DNA from: Candidatus Polarisedimenticolia bacterium
GTDB taxonomy: Bacteria > Acidobacteriota > Polarisedimenticolia > Gp22-AA2
NCBI GenBank assembly: GCA_050747445.1
Contig: JBOGOE010000229.1
Coordinates: forward strand, 2,511-66,510
Length of the DNA: 64,000 nucleotides
Reading direction: 5' to 3'
The translations under genes were made by a program, and so were the position numbers. The notes beneath the pieces were generated by a model. The model was not told the DNA's origin and made no database searches. It worked only from the letters and a program-made list of their open reading frames with translations. Below, in pieces: positions 29,950-43,107 of this stretch (the stretch's first letter is position 1; each line of letters starts with the position of its first letter).

Positions 29950-31085
29950 GACCGGTCCCCCGGGACGGCCGCCGGCCGGCCGGCCGGACCGGCCCCGGGG
30001 AGATCGGCGACCAGATCGGCGAGCCTTCCGCGCGCCCCCGGCTGCGGCAGGAAGCTCACCGCCGCGACCGACCCGCCCCCCGCGACCGGCCGGCCGCTGC
30101 GCACGACACGGGAGCCGAGCACCATCACCCGGGAGCGGACCGCCGATCCGCGCAGCGCGAGACGGATCGCGGCGCCCCGGGGCAGCACGTCCTGCGTCGC
30201 CAGGAGCGCGCCGCCGAACGACACGTCCTCCACCCGGGCCTCGGCGCGCCGCCCCGCGTGCTCCAGGGAGGCGGTCATGCCCCCGGGCGGCCGTACCCGC
30301 GCGTGGGCGCGTCGCTCGGATCGCGCGACTTCGACCCGCCCGCCTCCGTCGCAACGGGCACGCCGGAGCGCCTCGCGCGCTCCCTCCTCCAGCTCCCGCA
30401 CCGGGACCGGGGTTTCACCTGGCGCCCGGCCGGCGACGCCACCGCTCCAGGAGACGCCCGTGGCGTCGACCAGGGCGATCCGGTAGCGTTCGGCCGCGCG
30501 CCGCGCGGCCGCCGCATCCGTACAGGGAAGGAGGACGGTCAGCACGTCGCCGGCGCCGCGGACCCAATCGCTGTCGCGGGTCACATGGCGGAGGAGGTCC
30601 GGACCGCCCTGCTCCGCGCCGTCCGATGGCGGATCGGGCGCCAGCGCGACCCAGGCCACAGGTCGTCTCGATCGGTCGGCGCGATGCCGTTCCAGCCGGC
30701 CGCGCTCCTCGTCCATTCCGGCCGGAGCGCCGGGCCCGGAACCGTCGGCAGCGGCCGTGCCGCCCTGCCGGATCACCGGCCCCCCGGGGAGTCCTTCGCC
30801 CCCCCGCAGGTGGTCGAGCGCCGCCACGACGAATCCCGGATCCCGCCCGAGCACCGACTCGAGCCGTGCGCGGTGGGTCTCGATTTCGAGGAAGGCGGTG
30901 CGGGCGCGGGGTTCCGGCAGATCGAGCGCGAGCAGGTCACGGACCAGGCAGCGGAACGGCTCGACGCGGTGACGGGTCCCGAGGGCGAACACGGCGCTGC
31001 AGAGCGCTTCGCCACGCAGCCCTGGATCCGCCAGGGCCCCGCGGAGCTCAAGGTGAACGGCGTGCGCGGCGTCCTCCGGGCTCAC
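29946..31085 (-). CDS. Paralogous protein with degenerate GGDEF-like domain (RGAGDVL in place of GGDEF) and C-terminal PilZ domain
   Basis: N-terminal about 100 aa is similar to that of 28735..29949 (LLALDLPEPRARTAFLEIETHRARLESVL vs LILTGLPFEESEARRHWEGVLSHRRTL). Central VRGAGDVLTVLLPCTDAAAARRAAERYR aligns to the GGDEF C-terminal half. PilZ motifs GRRAEAR and DVSFGG. Confidence 0.65.
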   Translation of the reverse strand: MSPEDAAHAVHLELRGALADPGLRGEALCSAVFALGTRHRVEPFRCLVRDLLALDLPEPRARTAFLEIETHRARLESVLGRDPGFVVAALDHLRGGEGLPGGPVIRQGGTAAADGSGPGAPAGMDEERGRLERHRADRSRRPVAWVALAPDPPSDGAEQGGPDLLRHVTRDSDWVRGAGDVLTVLLPCTDAAAARRAAERYRIALVDATGVSWSGGVAGRAPGETPVPVRELEEGAREALRRARCDGGGRVEVARSERRAHARVRPPGGMTASLEHAGRRAEARVEDVSFGGALLATQDVLPRGAAIRLALRGSAVRSRVMVLGSRVVRSGRPVAGGGSVAAVSFLPQPGARGRLADLVADLPGAGPAGRPAAVPGDRS

Positions 31086-31185
31086 GACGTCCCTCCGCGA
31101 CCGGGCCGGATGTTAATGGGAACAACCCTGACTGTCAACAAACGCCGCGAGCGCAGCGGCAGAATAGGCCGCCGGGAAAAAAATT

Positions 31186-31214
31186 TTGACAATTACTTGA
31201 CTGCGCCTTATATT
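31186..31214 (+). promoter_or_regulatory. Near-consensus sigma70-type promoter TTGACA-N17-TATATT for prkA, in an AT-rich island
   Basis: ttgaca 31186-31191, 17-nt spacer, tatatt 31209-31214. GAGGA Shine-Dalgarno (31236-31240) before ATG 31246. The surrounding 31170-31245 is strikingly AT-rich for this genome. Confidence 0.55.
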
Positions 31215-31245
31215 ACCGGACAGTTGATGCGAAGCTGAGGAAAGC

Positions 31246-33381
<2,136 letters not shown>

Positions 33382-33466
33382 AGGACGTGACGGGCCACGC
33401 CCCTGAGGGGCCGCGGCGGCCGGCCGCCCGCTCCGCAGGGGCTTTCGTTTCAGGGGCCTCCCGGCC

Positions 33467-34573
33467 ATGATTCTGCGGATCGAAGGCGACCACAGCCGCT
33501 TCAAGCAGATCGTCCGCGGCAAGATCAAGAAGGAGCTGCGGAAGTACATCAGCAGCGGAGAGCTGATCGGCCGGCGCGGCAAGGACCTGATCTCCATCCC
33601 CCTCCCGCAGATCAAGATCCCCCAGTTCGTCTATGGCCAGAAGCAGACCGGCGGCGTCGGCCAGGGCGAGGGCGCGGTCGGCACCGTCCTGGGCGCCGGG
33701 GAGATGGAGGGGGGCCAGCAGCAGGCGGGGAACACCCCGGGGGAGCACCTGCTGGAGGTCGACATCAGCCTCGACGAACTCGCCGCGATGCTGGGCGAGG
33801 AGCTCGAGCTGCCGGCCATCAAGCCCAGGGGGCGCAAGAACATCCTGTCGCACAAGGACCGTTACACGGGGATCGCGCATTACGGGCCGGAGACCCTCCG
33901 GCACTTCAAGCGGACCTACAAGGAGACCCTCAAGCGCAGCATCGCGACCGGCACGTACCGCCCGGATTTCCCAATCCTGATCCCGATCCGGCAGGACAAA
34001 CGCTACCGCTCCTGGAAGTCCGCGGTCATGCCGCAGGCCAACGCCGCGATCCTCTACATGATGGACGTGTCGGGGTCGATGGGCGAGGAGCAGAAGGAGA
34101 TCGTGCGGATCGAGTCCTTCTGGATCGACACCTGGCTGCGCCATCACTACAAGGGGGTCGAGATCCGCTACATCATCCACGACGCGGAGGCGCGCGAGGT
34201 CGATCGCGAGACCTTCTACCACACGCGCGAGTCGGGCGGGACGGTGATCTCCGCCGCCTACAAGCTGTGCGCCCGCATGATCGACACCGACTACCCCGCC
34301 GACGAATGGAACGTCTACGGGCTGCACTTCTCCGACGGCGACAACTGGTCCCAGGGAGACACCGAGGAGTGCGTCAACATCCTGAAGGGGCAGATCCTGC
34401 CCCGCGTGAATCTGTTCTGCTACGGACAGGTCGAGAGCCCCTACGGGACCGGGCAGTTTCTCGTGGACCTCAAGGAGGCCTACGGCGACGACGAGCGGGT
34501 CGCGCTCTCGAAAATCGAGAACAAGGACGGCATCTACCAGTCGATCAAGGACTTCCTGGGGCGGGGGCGATAG
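33467..34573 (+). CDS. yeaH: YeaH/YhbH family protein (DUF444, VWA-like)
   Basis: Conserved DUF444 blocks ([44 protein letters not shown]). Canonical partner of prkA. Confidence 0.9.
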   Translation: MILRIEGDHSRFKQIVRGKIKKELRKYISSGELIGRRGKDLISIPLPQIKIPQFVYGQKQTGGVGQGEGAVGTVLGAGEMEGGQQQAGNTPGEHLLEVDISLDELAAMLGEELELPAIKPRGRKNILSHKDRYTGIAHYGPETLRHFKRTYKETLKRSIATGTYRPDFPILIPIRQDKRYRSWKSAVMPQANAAILYMMDVSGSMGEEQKEIVRIESFWIDTWLRHHYKGVEIRYIIHDAEAREVDRETFYHTRESGGTVISAAYKLCARMIDTDYPADEWNVYGLHFSDGDNWSQGDTEECVNILKGQILPRVNLFCYGQVESPYGTGQFLVDLKEAYGDDERVALSKIENKDGIYQSIKDFLGRGR

Positions 34574-34577
34574 CGCC

Positions 34578-36067
<1,490 letters not shown>

Positions 36068-36068
<1 letters not shown>

Positions 36069-37786
36069 TGAGCGAGCCCGCAGCTCCCGGATCGTCCGCC
36101 CAGTCCCAGGCATCGCCGGCACCGGTCGCCGCGGCGTCCGGCGTCCGCCAGTCGGTCTGGGCGCTGGCCGGCGGCAAAGGAGGCGTGGGTCGTTCCCTGT
36201 TGTGCGCCAATCTCGGGATCCAGCTGGCCCGCATGGGGCGTCGTGTCGTCCTGGTCGACCTCGACCTGCAGGGCAGCAACCTGCAGTCCTATCTCGGGTT
36301 CCAGCGGATGCCCCGCACCCTCGCGGACTTCGCGTCCGGCAAGGTCCGCCTGCTGTCGGAGATCGCGTGCGAGACGCCGACCGGGCATCTGCGGCTGGTC
36401 GGCGGGCTGCAGCGGGGCGAGGCCGGCGACGACCCCGTGGCCTTCGTGCGCCAGGTCGCCGCGCAGTTCGGAACGCTGCATGCCGACCAGGTGCTGGTCG
36501 ACTGCGGGTCGGGCCGGTTCCCGGCCACCATCGCCGCATTTGCGGAGGCGACTGTCGGCATCCTGGTCACCACGCCGGAGCCCGCCGCGCTCGAAGGGAC
36601 CTACCTGTTCACCGAGTCCTACCTGCGCTGGTGCCTGGTCCGCGCTTTGACCGGCGAACGGATGGCGGAGGTGGATCGGCGTCTCAAGGACGGCGGTCAC
36701 GACACCGCGCGCGCGTCGTTCCGCGGATTCATGACCCGGCTGGGGGCCATCGATCCCGACGCCCGCGACACCATCGCCGGCGTGGTCCGCCGGACGCGCC
36801 TGGAGCTGGTGTTGAACCAGGTGCGCGGCGAGACCGACGAGGAGGCGACGGCCTCGTTGCAGAGCGGCTTCCGCAAGTGTTTCGGGCTCAACCTCCAGAC
36901 CGCCGGCGCCATCGAGCACGACCTGTCGATCCTGCAGTCGGTGCAGAAGCGGCGCCCCCTGTCCCAGCAGTATCCCAACGCCGCTTCCACCAAAGGGATC
37001 GCGCGGGCCGCGACCCGGCTGCTGGCGGTGTCCGGCGCTCCCTTGCGCGAGGCCGACGAGGAGTGGGAGGACCTCGACGCCATCGATCACTATCGCGTCC
37101 TCGAGGTGGTCCCCAAGGCCTCCCCAAAGGAGGTCCAGTCGGCCTATCAACTCCTGAAGAAAACCTACGACCCCGAGACGACCGTGCTCGCCCCCCTCAT
37201 GGACGCCCCCGGACTGCGCGAGATGCAGGCGCGGATCGAGTCGGCCTACCGCACGCTGATCTTCCTGGAAAGCCGCTCGGATTACGATCGCCGGCTCCTG
37301 GACAAGGGTCGCGATCGCGACCGCCAGCCCGGGGCCCCCTCTCCGGCGGCCGCTCCGGCCGCACCGGTCGAGCCGGCCGGCGAAGGGGGGACGCTGGAGA
37401 TGGCGGGTGGGAATTCCCCCCCCATGACGCCCCCACCCGCGCCCGCGTCGACCGCCACGAGCGACCGGGCGACAGTATCCCCGGAGGAGCCGGACGCGAC
37501 CTCGCCGACGCCGGTGACCGCCGCCACGGCCGCCCGGGCCCCCCCGGGGTCCCCGCCGGACAGGCGATTCCCGCCAGCGGCGGCGAGCTCCGCGACGAAC
37601 GCCAGAGGCGGCGCCAGACGCTGGAGGGAATTGCCGAGAAGACCAAGATCCGGCGCGCCTACCTGCAGGCCATCGAGGAGGAGCGTTTCGGAGACCTGCC
37701 GGCCGCCGTCTTCGTCCGCGGCTTCATCAGGGAGTACGCGCGCAGCCTGGGGCTCCCCGGCGACGAAGTGGTCCGGCAGTACATGA
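36068..37786 (+). CDS. ParA/MinD-like P-loop protein with Walker-A Lys-to-Arg substitution (GGKGGVGRS), degenerate J-like domain (HPD replaced by YDP) and Pro/Ala/Thr-rich linker; 3' end likely mis-framed
   Basis: ATG 36068 overlaps spoVR TGA. Deviant Walker A aligns to MinD/ParA xKGGxGK[ST] but has R at the catalytic Lys. J-like DHYRVLEVVPKASPKEVQSAYQLLKKTYDPE. After about 37545 this frame becomes implausible while the -1 frame encodes an HTH. Confidence 0.55.
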
Positions 37787-37857
37787 AACGCCACCGGGAC
37801 TGGCAGGAGTCGCGCCCGCGCCCTCCGGGCAGCCCGGATCCCTTTTCCAGCAACTGA
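37537..37857 (+). CDS. RodZ-like HTH_25 (XRE-type) domain segment in the -1 frame, with no own start codon; probable C-terminus of the 36068 gene
   Basis: ELRDERQRRRQTLEGIAEKTKIRRAYLQAIEEERFGDLPAAVFVRGFIREYARSLGLPGDEVVRQYM matches the RodZ/HTH_25 N-terminal pattern. No ATG/GTG/TTG start in frame. Immediately follows a C7 tract (37539-37545). Confidence 0.5.
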   Translation, partial: GPPGVPAGQAIPASGGELRDERQRRRQTLEGIAEKTKIRRAYLQAIEEERFGDLPAAVFVRGFIREYARSLGLPGDEVVRQYMKRHRDWQESRPRPPGSPDPFSSN

Positions 37858-37979
37858 GACCGGCTGGAGACCCGGCCGGTCGCCCGCGGATGGCCGCCTC
37901 CCCCGCCATCCCGCGATCCCGGGCCTCATCCGGACGCCCGAACAACAATGGTAGAATCGCCGCTCCCGCAGAGGGCCGG

Positions 37980-39365
37980 ATGATCGACAGCGATCCGATT
38001 GCGCACGAGGAGGATCTGCGCGGCTATTTCGACCTGGGGTCGAAGCCGCGCGAGCGCTGGGGCGTCGGGGTGGAGTACGAGCGCCTCGGAGTGTTCCGCG
38101 ATACGGGCCGGGCCGTGCCGTACGAGGGGCACGTCTCGATCGAAAGCATGCTCCGCACCCTGGTGCGTGACGCCGGCTGGGAGGCCGAGGAGGAAGGCGG
38201 CCACAGCCTCGCGTTGCGGCGCGGCGGTACCCGTCTGACCCTCGAGCCCGGCGCCCAGGTGGAGCTGTCCTCGGCGGTGCACCGCACGCTCCCGTCCCTC
38301 GACGAGGAGCTGCGCGGGTTCGTCGACCTCCTGGAGGCGGCGTCCCGCCCGTTCGGATTCACCTTCATCGGTCTGGGCGTGCACCCGATCTCGCCGTTGG
38401 ACGAGATCGGATGGATCCCCAAGAAACGCTACGCCATCATGCGCGACTACCTGCCGAAACGCGGGGCCAGGGCGCACGTCATGATGAAGCAGACCGCCGG
38501 GATCCAGGTCAACCTGGATTACGGCAGCGAAGGGGACGCCGCCGACAAGCTGCGCACCGCCATGGCGCTCTCCCCCCTCCTGACGGCGCTCTATGCGAAC
38601 TCCCCCCTGACCGACGGCAAGCTGAACGGCTTCCTGAGCTGGCGGGCGTGGGCCTGGCGGGAGACCGACCCCGATCGCTGCGGACTCCTCCCCTTCGTGT
38701 TCAAGGACGGCGCCGGGTTCGGCGACTATCTCGAGTACGCCCTCGACGTGCCGATGTTCTTCGTGGTGCGCGGGGACCAGTGGATGCCGGCCAACGGCCT
38801 CACCTTCCGGCGATTCCTCCGGCGGGGTTTCGAGGGACACCGCGCCACGCGGTCCGACTTCGAGCTGCACCTCTCGACGTTGTTTCCGGAGGTCCGTCTG
38901 AAGCACTACATCGAGATCCGCAGCGTCGACTCCGGCGAACCGGCGTCCGCCCTGGCCCTGGCGGCGCTGCTCAAGGGGATCCTCTATGACGGGGCCTCCC
39001 GCCGGGCCGCCTGGGAGCTGGTCCGCGACATGAGCTTCAAGGACCGCGAGCGGCTCCTGGACGAGGTCTGCCGGAGGGGTCCTGCGGCGCGCGTCGTCCT
39101 CCAGGGAGGCCGGCACGAGGCTTCGGGGAAGGTCGGGATCATCGTGCGCGACCTGCTGCTGGAGATCGTCCGGCTGGCGCGGCAGGGACTGAACAATCAG
39201 GGGGCCCCGGGGGAGGAGGCATATCTCGAGGTGCTGGACCGCCGCCTGGGAGGCGAAGGGGGTTGTCCGGGTTTCCGGCTGGCCGCCGACTGGAACGGGG
39301 TCCTCAGGCAGGATCCCCGGCGCCTCGTCGAGGCACTGGCCCCGCCGCTCCCCGGCTCCGGATGA
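37980..39365 (+). CDS. Glutamate--cysteine ligase, GCS2 (plant/proteobacterial) family
   Basis: GCS2 blocks (GVEYERLGV, HPISPLDEIGWIPKKRYAIMRDYLP, QVNLDYGSEGDA, FPEVRLKHYIEIRSVD). Start at MIDSDPIAHE (atg 37980). Confidence 0.75.
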   Translation: MIDSDPIAHEEDLRGYFDLGSKPRERWGVGVEYERLGVFRDTGRAVPYEGHVSIESMLRTLVRDAGWEAEEEGGHSLALRRGGTRLTLEPGAQVELSSAVHRTLPSLDEELRGFVDLLEAASRPFGFTFIGLGVHPISPLDEIGWIPKKRYAIMRDYLPKRGARAHVMMKQTAGIQVNLDYGSEGDAADKLRTAMALSPLLTALYANSPLTDGKLNGFLSWRAWAWRETDPDRCGLLPFVFKDGAGFGDYLEYALDVPMFFVVRGDQWMPANGLTFRRFLRRGFEGHRATRSDFELHLSTLFPEVRLKHYIEIRSVDSGEPASALALAALLKGILYDGASRRAAWELVRDMSFKDRERLLDEVCRRGPAARVVLQGGRHEASGKVGIIVRDLLLEIVRLARQGLNNQGAPGEEAYLEVLDRRLGGEGGCPGFRLAADWNGVLRQDPRRLVEALAPPLPGSG

Positions 39366-40324
39366 ACGCCGCCGGCGCCCGGAGCCGTCAGGACGGCGAA
39401 CCGGCCGCGACACCGGGTGCCGAAGGACAACTCGTCGAGTGCGTCCCCAACGTGAGCGAGGGGCGCGACCCGGACCTGGTGGCCGCCCTGGCCCAGGCGG
39501 CCCGCCGGGCGGGTCCGGCGCGCCTCGTGGACCTGAGCTCCGACCCCGACCACAACCGCTCGGTCTTCACCTTCGCGGGGGCGCCCCGGGACGTCCTGGC
39601 GGCCATCGAGGCGCTGGTCGCCGCGGCGGTCGACCGGATCGATCTCCGGCGTCATCGCGGAAGCCATCCCCGGATGGGGGCGGTCGACGTCATCCCCTTC
39701 GTCCCGGTGCGGCGCGCCACCATGGCGGAGTGCGTCGCCCTGGCGCATGACGCGGGCCGGGCGATTGCGGCGCGCCACGGCATCCCGGTGTATCTCTACG
39801 AACGGGCCGCCACCGCGCCGCACCGCCGCAATCTCGCGGACGTCCGCAGGGGGGGGTTCGAGGGGTTCCCCGGCAAGATCCGCGATCCCCTCTGGAAACC
39901 CGACTACGGCCCCGACCGGGTCCACCCCTCGGCCGGGTGCGTGGCCGTGGGGGCCCGTCCGTTCCTGATCGCGTTCAATGTCAACCTCGCCAGCCCGGAC
40001 CTGGAGACCGCGAAGGCAATCGCCAGGGCCGTCCGGGAGAGCAGCGGCGGCCTCCCCTGCGTCAAGGCCATGGGCGTGCCTCTGACGGGGCGGGGGCGCG
40101 TGCAGGTGTCGATGAACCTGACCGACTACCGGACCACCTCGATCGCGCGCGCCTTCGAGGCGGTGCGGGCCGAGGCGGCGCGGCGCGGCGTGGAGGTGGA
40201 CGGGAGCGAGATCGTCGGCCTGGTGCCCGCGGAGGCGCTCGTCGGGGCGGCCGCCGAGCTCCTGAAGGTGGAGGGGTTCTCGCCCGAACGCATCCTCGAG
40301 CACCGGCTTGAGGAGGGGGCGTGA
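39362..40324 (+). CDS. Glutamate formimidoyltransferase-like protein (FtcD N-terminal formiminotransferase domain only)
   Basis: LVECVPNVSEGRD (FtcD_N hallmark), DHNRSVFTF, FGARPFLIAFNVNL. ATGA overlap with preceding gene. Confidence 0.7.
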   Translation: MNAAGARSRQDGEPAATPGAEGQLVECVPNVSEGRDPDLVAALAQAARRAGPARLVDLSSDPDHNRSVFTFAGAPRDVLAAIEALVAAAVDRIDLRRHRGSHPRMGAVDVIPFVPVRRATMAECVALAHDAGRAIAARHGIPVYLYERAATAPHRRNLADVRRGGFEGFPGKIRDPLWKPDYGPDRVHPSAGCVAVGARPFLIAFNVNLASPDLETAKAIARAVRESSGGLPCVKAMGVPLTGRGRVQVSMNLTDYRTTSIARAFEAVRAEAARRGVEVDGSEIVGLVPAEALVGAAAELLKVEGFSPERILEHRLEEGA

Positions 40325-41160
40325 GCGGCGGACCCCGGGTCGCGATCCAGGGGGAACGCGGCGCTTTCTCCGAGCTGGCAGTCCGTTCGCTGTTCGGCCG
40401 GCGCGCGACCATCGTCCCCTGCCCCGATTTCGACGCCCTGTTCCGCGCCCCGATCGGCGGACGATGCCGCTACGCCCTGGCGCCGGTCGAGAACACCATC
40501 GCGGGGTCGATCCATCGCGTTCACGACCTCCTGCTCGACACGCCGCTCCAGGTGGTCGGCGAGGCGATCGTGCGCGTGGCGCACGCGCTGGTGGCCCTGC
40601 CGGGTGTTTCGCTCCGTGACGTGCGTCGCGTCTACTCGCATCCGGTGGCGCTGGCGCAGTGCGAGCGCTTTTTCCGCCGCCATCCCGGTCTGACGCGGGT
40701 GGCGACCTACGACACCGCAGGGAGCGTCCGACTCCTGCGGGAGGAGAACGCCCGGGACGCGGCCGCGATCGCCCCGGTCCTGGCGGCGCGGCTGTACCGC
40801 GCGCGGATCCTCCGGACACACCTCGAGGATCACCCCGCGAACTTCACGCGCTTCTTCCTGCTGTCGCGGCGCGGCCGGCCGTCGGGACGGCCGGACAAGA
40901 CCTCCGTCCTGTTCGCCGTGCCGCACGCCCCGGGCGCGCTGTTCCGCTGTATGGGGGTGTTCGCCCTGCGGGACATCAATCTCCTGAAGATCGAGTCGCG
41001 ACCGCTGGTGGGTCGGCCCTGGGAATACGTGTTCCACGTGGACTTCGAGGGCTCGGCGGACGAACCGCGGTGCCGGAACGCGCTCCGTCATCTGCGCGAG
41101 GTCTGCGACTTCGTCCGCCTGCTCGGCTCCTACGCGCGGGCGCGGGCGCCGCGCCGCTGA
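40321..41160 (+). CDS. pheA: Prephenate dehydratase (PDT catalytic + ACT regulatory domain)
   Basis: RVAIQGERGAFSE, TRF (ESRP) motif in LLKIESRPLVGRPWEYVFHVDFEG (ACT). Confidence 0.85.
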   Translation: MSGGPRVAIQGERGAFSELAVRSLFGRRATIVPCPDFDALFRAPIGGRCRYALAPVENTIAGSIHRVHDLLLDTPLQVVGEAIVRVAHALVALPGVSLRDVRRVYSHPVALAQCERFFRRHPGLTRVATYDTAGSVRLLREENARDAAAIAPVLAARLYRARILRTHLEDHPANFTRFFLLSRRGRPSGRPDKTSVLFAVPHAPGALFRCMGVFALRDINLLKIESRPLVGRPWEYVFHVDFEGSADEPRCRNALRHLREVCDFVRLLGSYARARAPRR

Positions 41161-42980
41161 ACCTCGATCCAGGAGCGCACGCGCGCCTCCAGCAGATCGA
41201 GCGGCAGGGCGCCCTGGCCGAGGATCTCGTCGTGGAAGGCCCGCAGGTCGAAGCGCTCCCCCAGGACCCGACGTGCCTCGTCCCGCAGCTCGCGGATCTT
41301 CAGCTCGCCGATCTTGTAGGCCAGCGCCTGCCCCGGGTCGACGATGTACCGGTCGATCTCCACGATGATGTCATGGTCAGTCTTGGCGGCGTTGTCGCGG
41401 AAGAAGGCGATCGATCGCTCCCGGGTCCACCCCAGGGCGTGCATTCCGGTGTCGACCACCAGGCGGATGGCGCGCCACATTTCGTAGGTCAGGCGGCCGA
41501 ACCGGGAGTATGGGTCACCGTACACCCCGAGGTCGTCGCCCAGCCCCTCGGCATAGAGCGCCCATCCCTCGACGTAGGCCGTCGGACCGGTGTGTCTGCG
41601 GAACTCCGGCAGACCTTCCAGCTCCTGGGCCAGGGCGATTTGCAGATGATGACCGGGAACCGCCTCGTGCAGGGTCAGCGCCTCCATCTCCCACTTCGGG
41701 CGGGCGCGGAGATCGTAGGTGTTGACGAAGAAGATCCCGGGTCGGCCCGCGTCCGGGGAGCCCTGCTCGTAGTAGGCGGTGGTCTGGGATTTCTCCGCGA
41801 AGGAAGGGATGGGGTTGACTCCGTACGGCAGCCGCGGGAGGCGTCCGAACAACCGGACCAGTCCCGGGTCGATCCGCTTGGAGATGTCCCGGTACTCCTT
41901 CACGAGCGCCCCGGCCTCGGTGAAGAAGAAGCGTGGGTCGGTGCGCAGAAACTCGATGAACGCGGCGAGGTTCCCCTCGTACCCCGCTTCCTTGCGGACC
42001 GCCTCCATGGCGGCCCGGATCCGGTGGATCTCCCGCAGTCCCAGGTCGTGGATCTGCCGCGGGGTGAGGCGGGTGGTCGTCTGCCGCCGCACCTGGAAGG
42101 CGTACCAGGCTTCGCCGTCGGGCAGATCGCGCAGCGCGATTCCTTCCCGCGCCCCCGCCAGGTAGGTGCCGGCGAGAAAGTCCCGCAGGCGCTCGAATGA
42201 GGGACGGACCGATTCCCGGTAGATCCGGACCGCGTCGGCCCGCAACCGCTCGCGTTCGCCCCCTGGAAGGTCCCCGGGGATGCGGGTGAAGGGCGCGAGC
42301 AGCGGACTCCTCAGGGGATCCTCGACGATCTGGTTTCCGACCTGTCCCGGTACGTCGCGCAGCGCGACCTTGGGCGGCGTGACCCCGCGCCGCAGTCCTT
42401 CGCGCATCAGGACGATGGTCTGATCGACCGCGAGCGGCAGCCGTTCCAGCCGCGCGAGGAGGTCCCGGTAGTCCCTAAGGGTGGCCGCGGGCGCCATCGC
42501 CATGACCAGGGCGGCCTCCTGCTGCACGCCACTCAGCTGGGTGACCGGCATCAGATCCGACGGGAACCGCCGGGCCTCCTGCGCCTCCTCCAGCGACCGG
42601 GAGAACAGGTCGTGGCTCAGCCGCTCCTCCTCGCCGAGGACCTCGCGGCGGATGCTCCGGAGGACGGCCGCCGGTCGTTCCAGGTCCCGTTTGCGCCGCT
42701 CGATCGCCTCGAGCGATCGATCCGTCCAACGATCGCCCTGGCCGGGGAATCCCACGTTCGTCGCGAACTCCGGGAACTCGGTCATCGACTCCCGCCAGGC
42801 CAGGTCGAACAGGCGCCGCAGGCGGGTCCCCTCGTCGAGCCCCTCCCGGTTGGTGCGGAGCGCCTCGTACGCGACGGCGAACCCGCCCGCCGCGCCGTCG
42901 GACGGACCGCGCGTCGAGGCTGCGCTCCCGGGATCGGGCACCCCCAGCATGAGCAGCATCACCGCCAGCCCGCGTCGCAT
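41130..42980 (-). CDS. DUF885 family putative metallopeptidase-like protein, secreted
   Basis: HEAVPGHHLQ motif typical of DUF885. Signal peptide MRRGLAVMLLMLGVPDPGSAAS (start ATG 42978-42980). Confidence 0.7.
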   Translation of the reverse strand: MRRGLAVMLLMLGVPDPGSAASTRGPSDGAAGGFAVAYEALRTNREGLDEGTRLRRLFDLAWRESMTEFPEFATNVGFPGQGDRWTDRSLEAIERRKRDLERPAAVLRSIRREVLGEEERLSHDLFSRSLEEAQEARRFPSDLMPVTQLSGVQQEAALVMAMAPAATLRDYRDLLARLERLPLAVDQTIVLMREGLRRGVTPPKVALRDVPGQVGNQIVEDPLRSPLLAPFTRIPGDLPGGERERLRADAVRIYRESVRPSFERLRDFLAGTYLAGAREGIALRDLPDGEAWYAFQVRRQTTTRLTPRQIHDLGLREIHRIRAAMEAVRKEAGYEGNLAAFIEFLRTDPRFFFTEAGALVKEYRDISKRIDPGLVRLFGRLPRLPYGVNPIPSFAEKSQTTAYYEQGSPDAGRPGIFFVNTYDLRARPKWEMEALTLHEAVPGHHLQIALAQELEGLPEFRRHTGPTAYVEGWALYAEGLGDDLGVYGDPYSRFGRLTYEMWRAIRLVVDTGMHALGWTRERSIAFFRDNAAKTDHDIIVEIDRYIVDPGQALAYKIGELKIRELRDEARRVLGERFDLRAFHDEILGQGALPLDLLEARVRSWIEVQRRGARARA

Positions 42981-43107
42981 GCGTCCTCCGCCGCGGGGCA
43001 CGTGGCCGCCGCAAAGGAAAAGGGCGGAGGCGCGCCCGCCCCCGCCCTGCGTCCTCGCGCCCGCGGCGCCGGGGTGGAGCCTCCGCCCGGGACGCCGCCG
43101 ATTGCGC

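Noticed and set aside
29950-30354. 5' extension of the ORF 28735..30354 (GGDEF-PilZ)
   Set aside because: Arg/Gly-rich junk overlapping the upstream paralogue. A GTG start in GTGA overlap fits the domain boundary.
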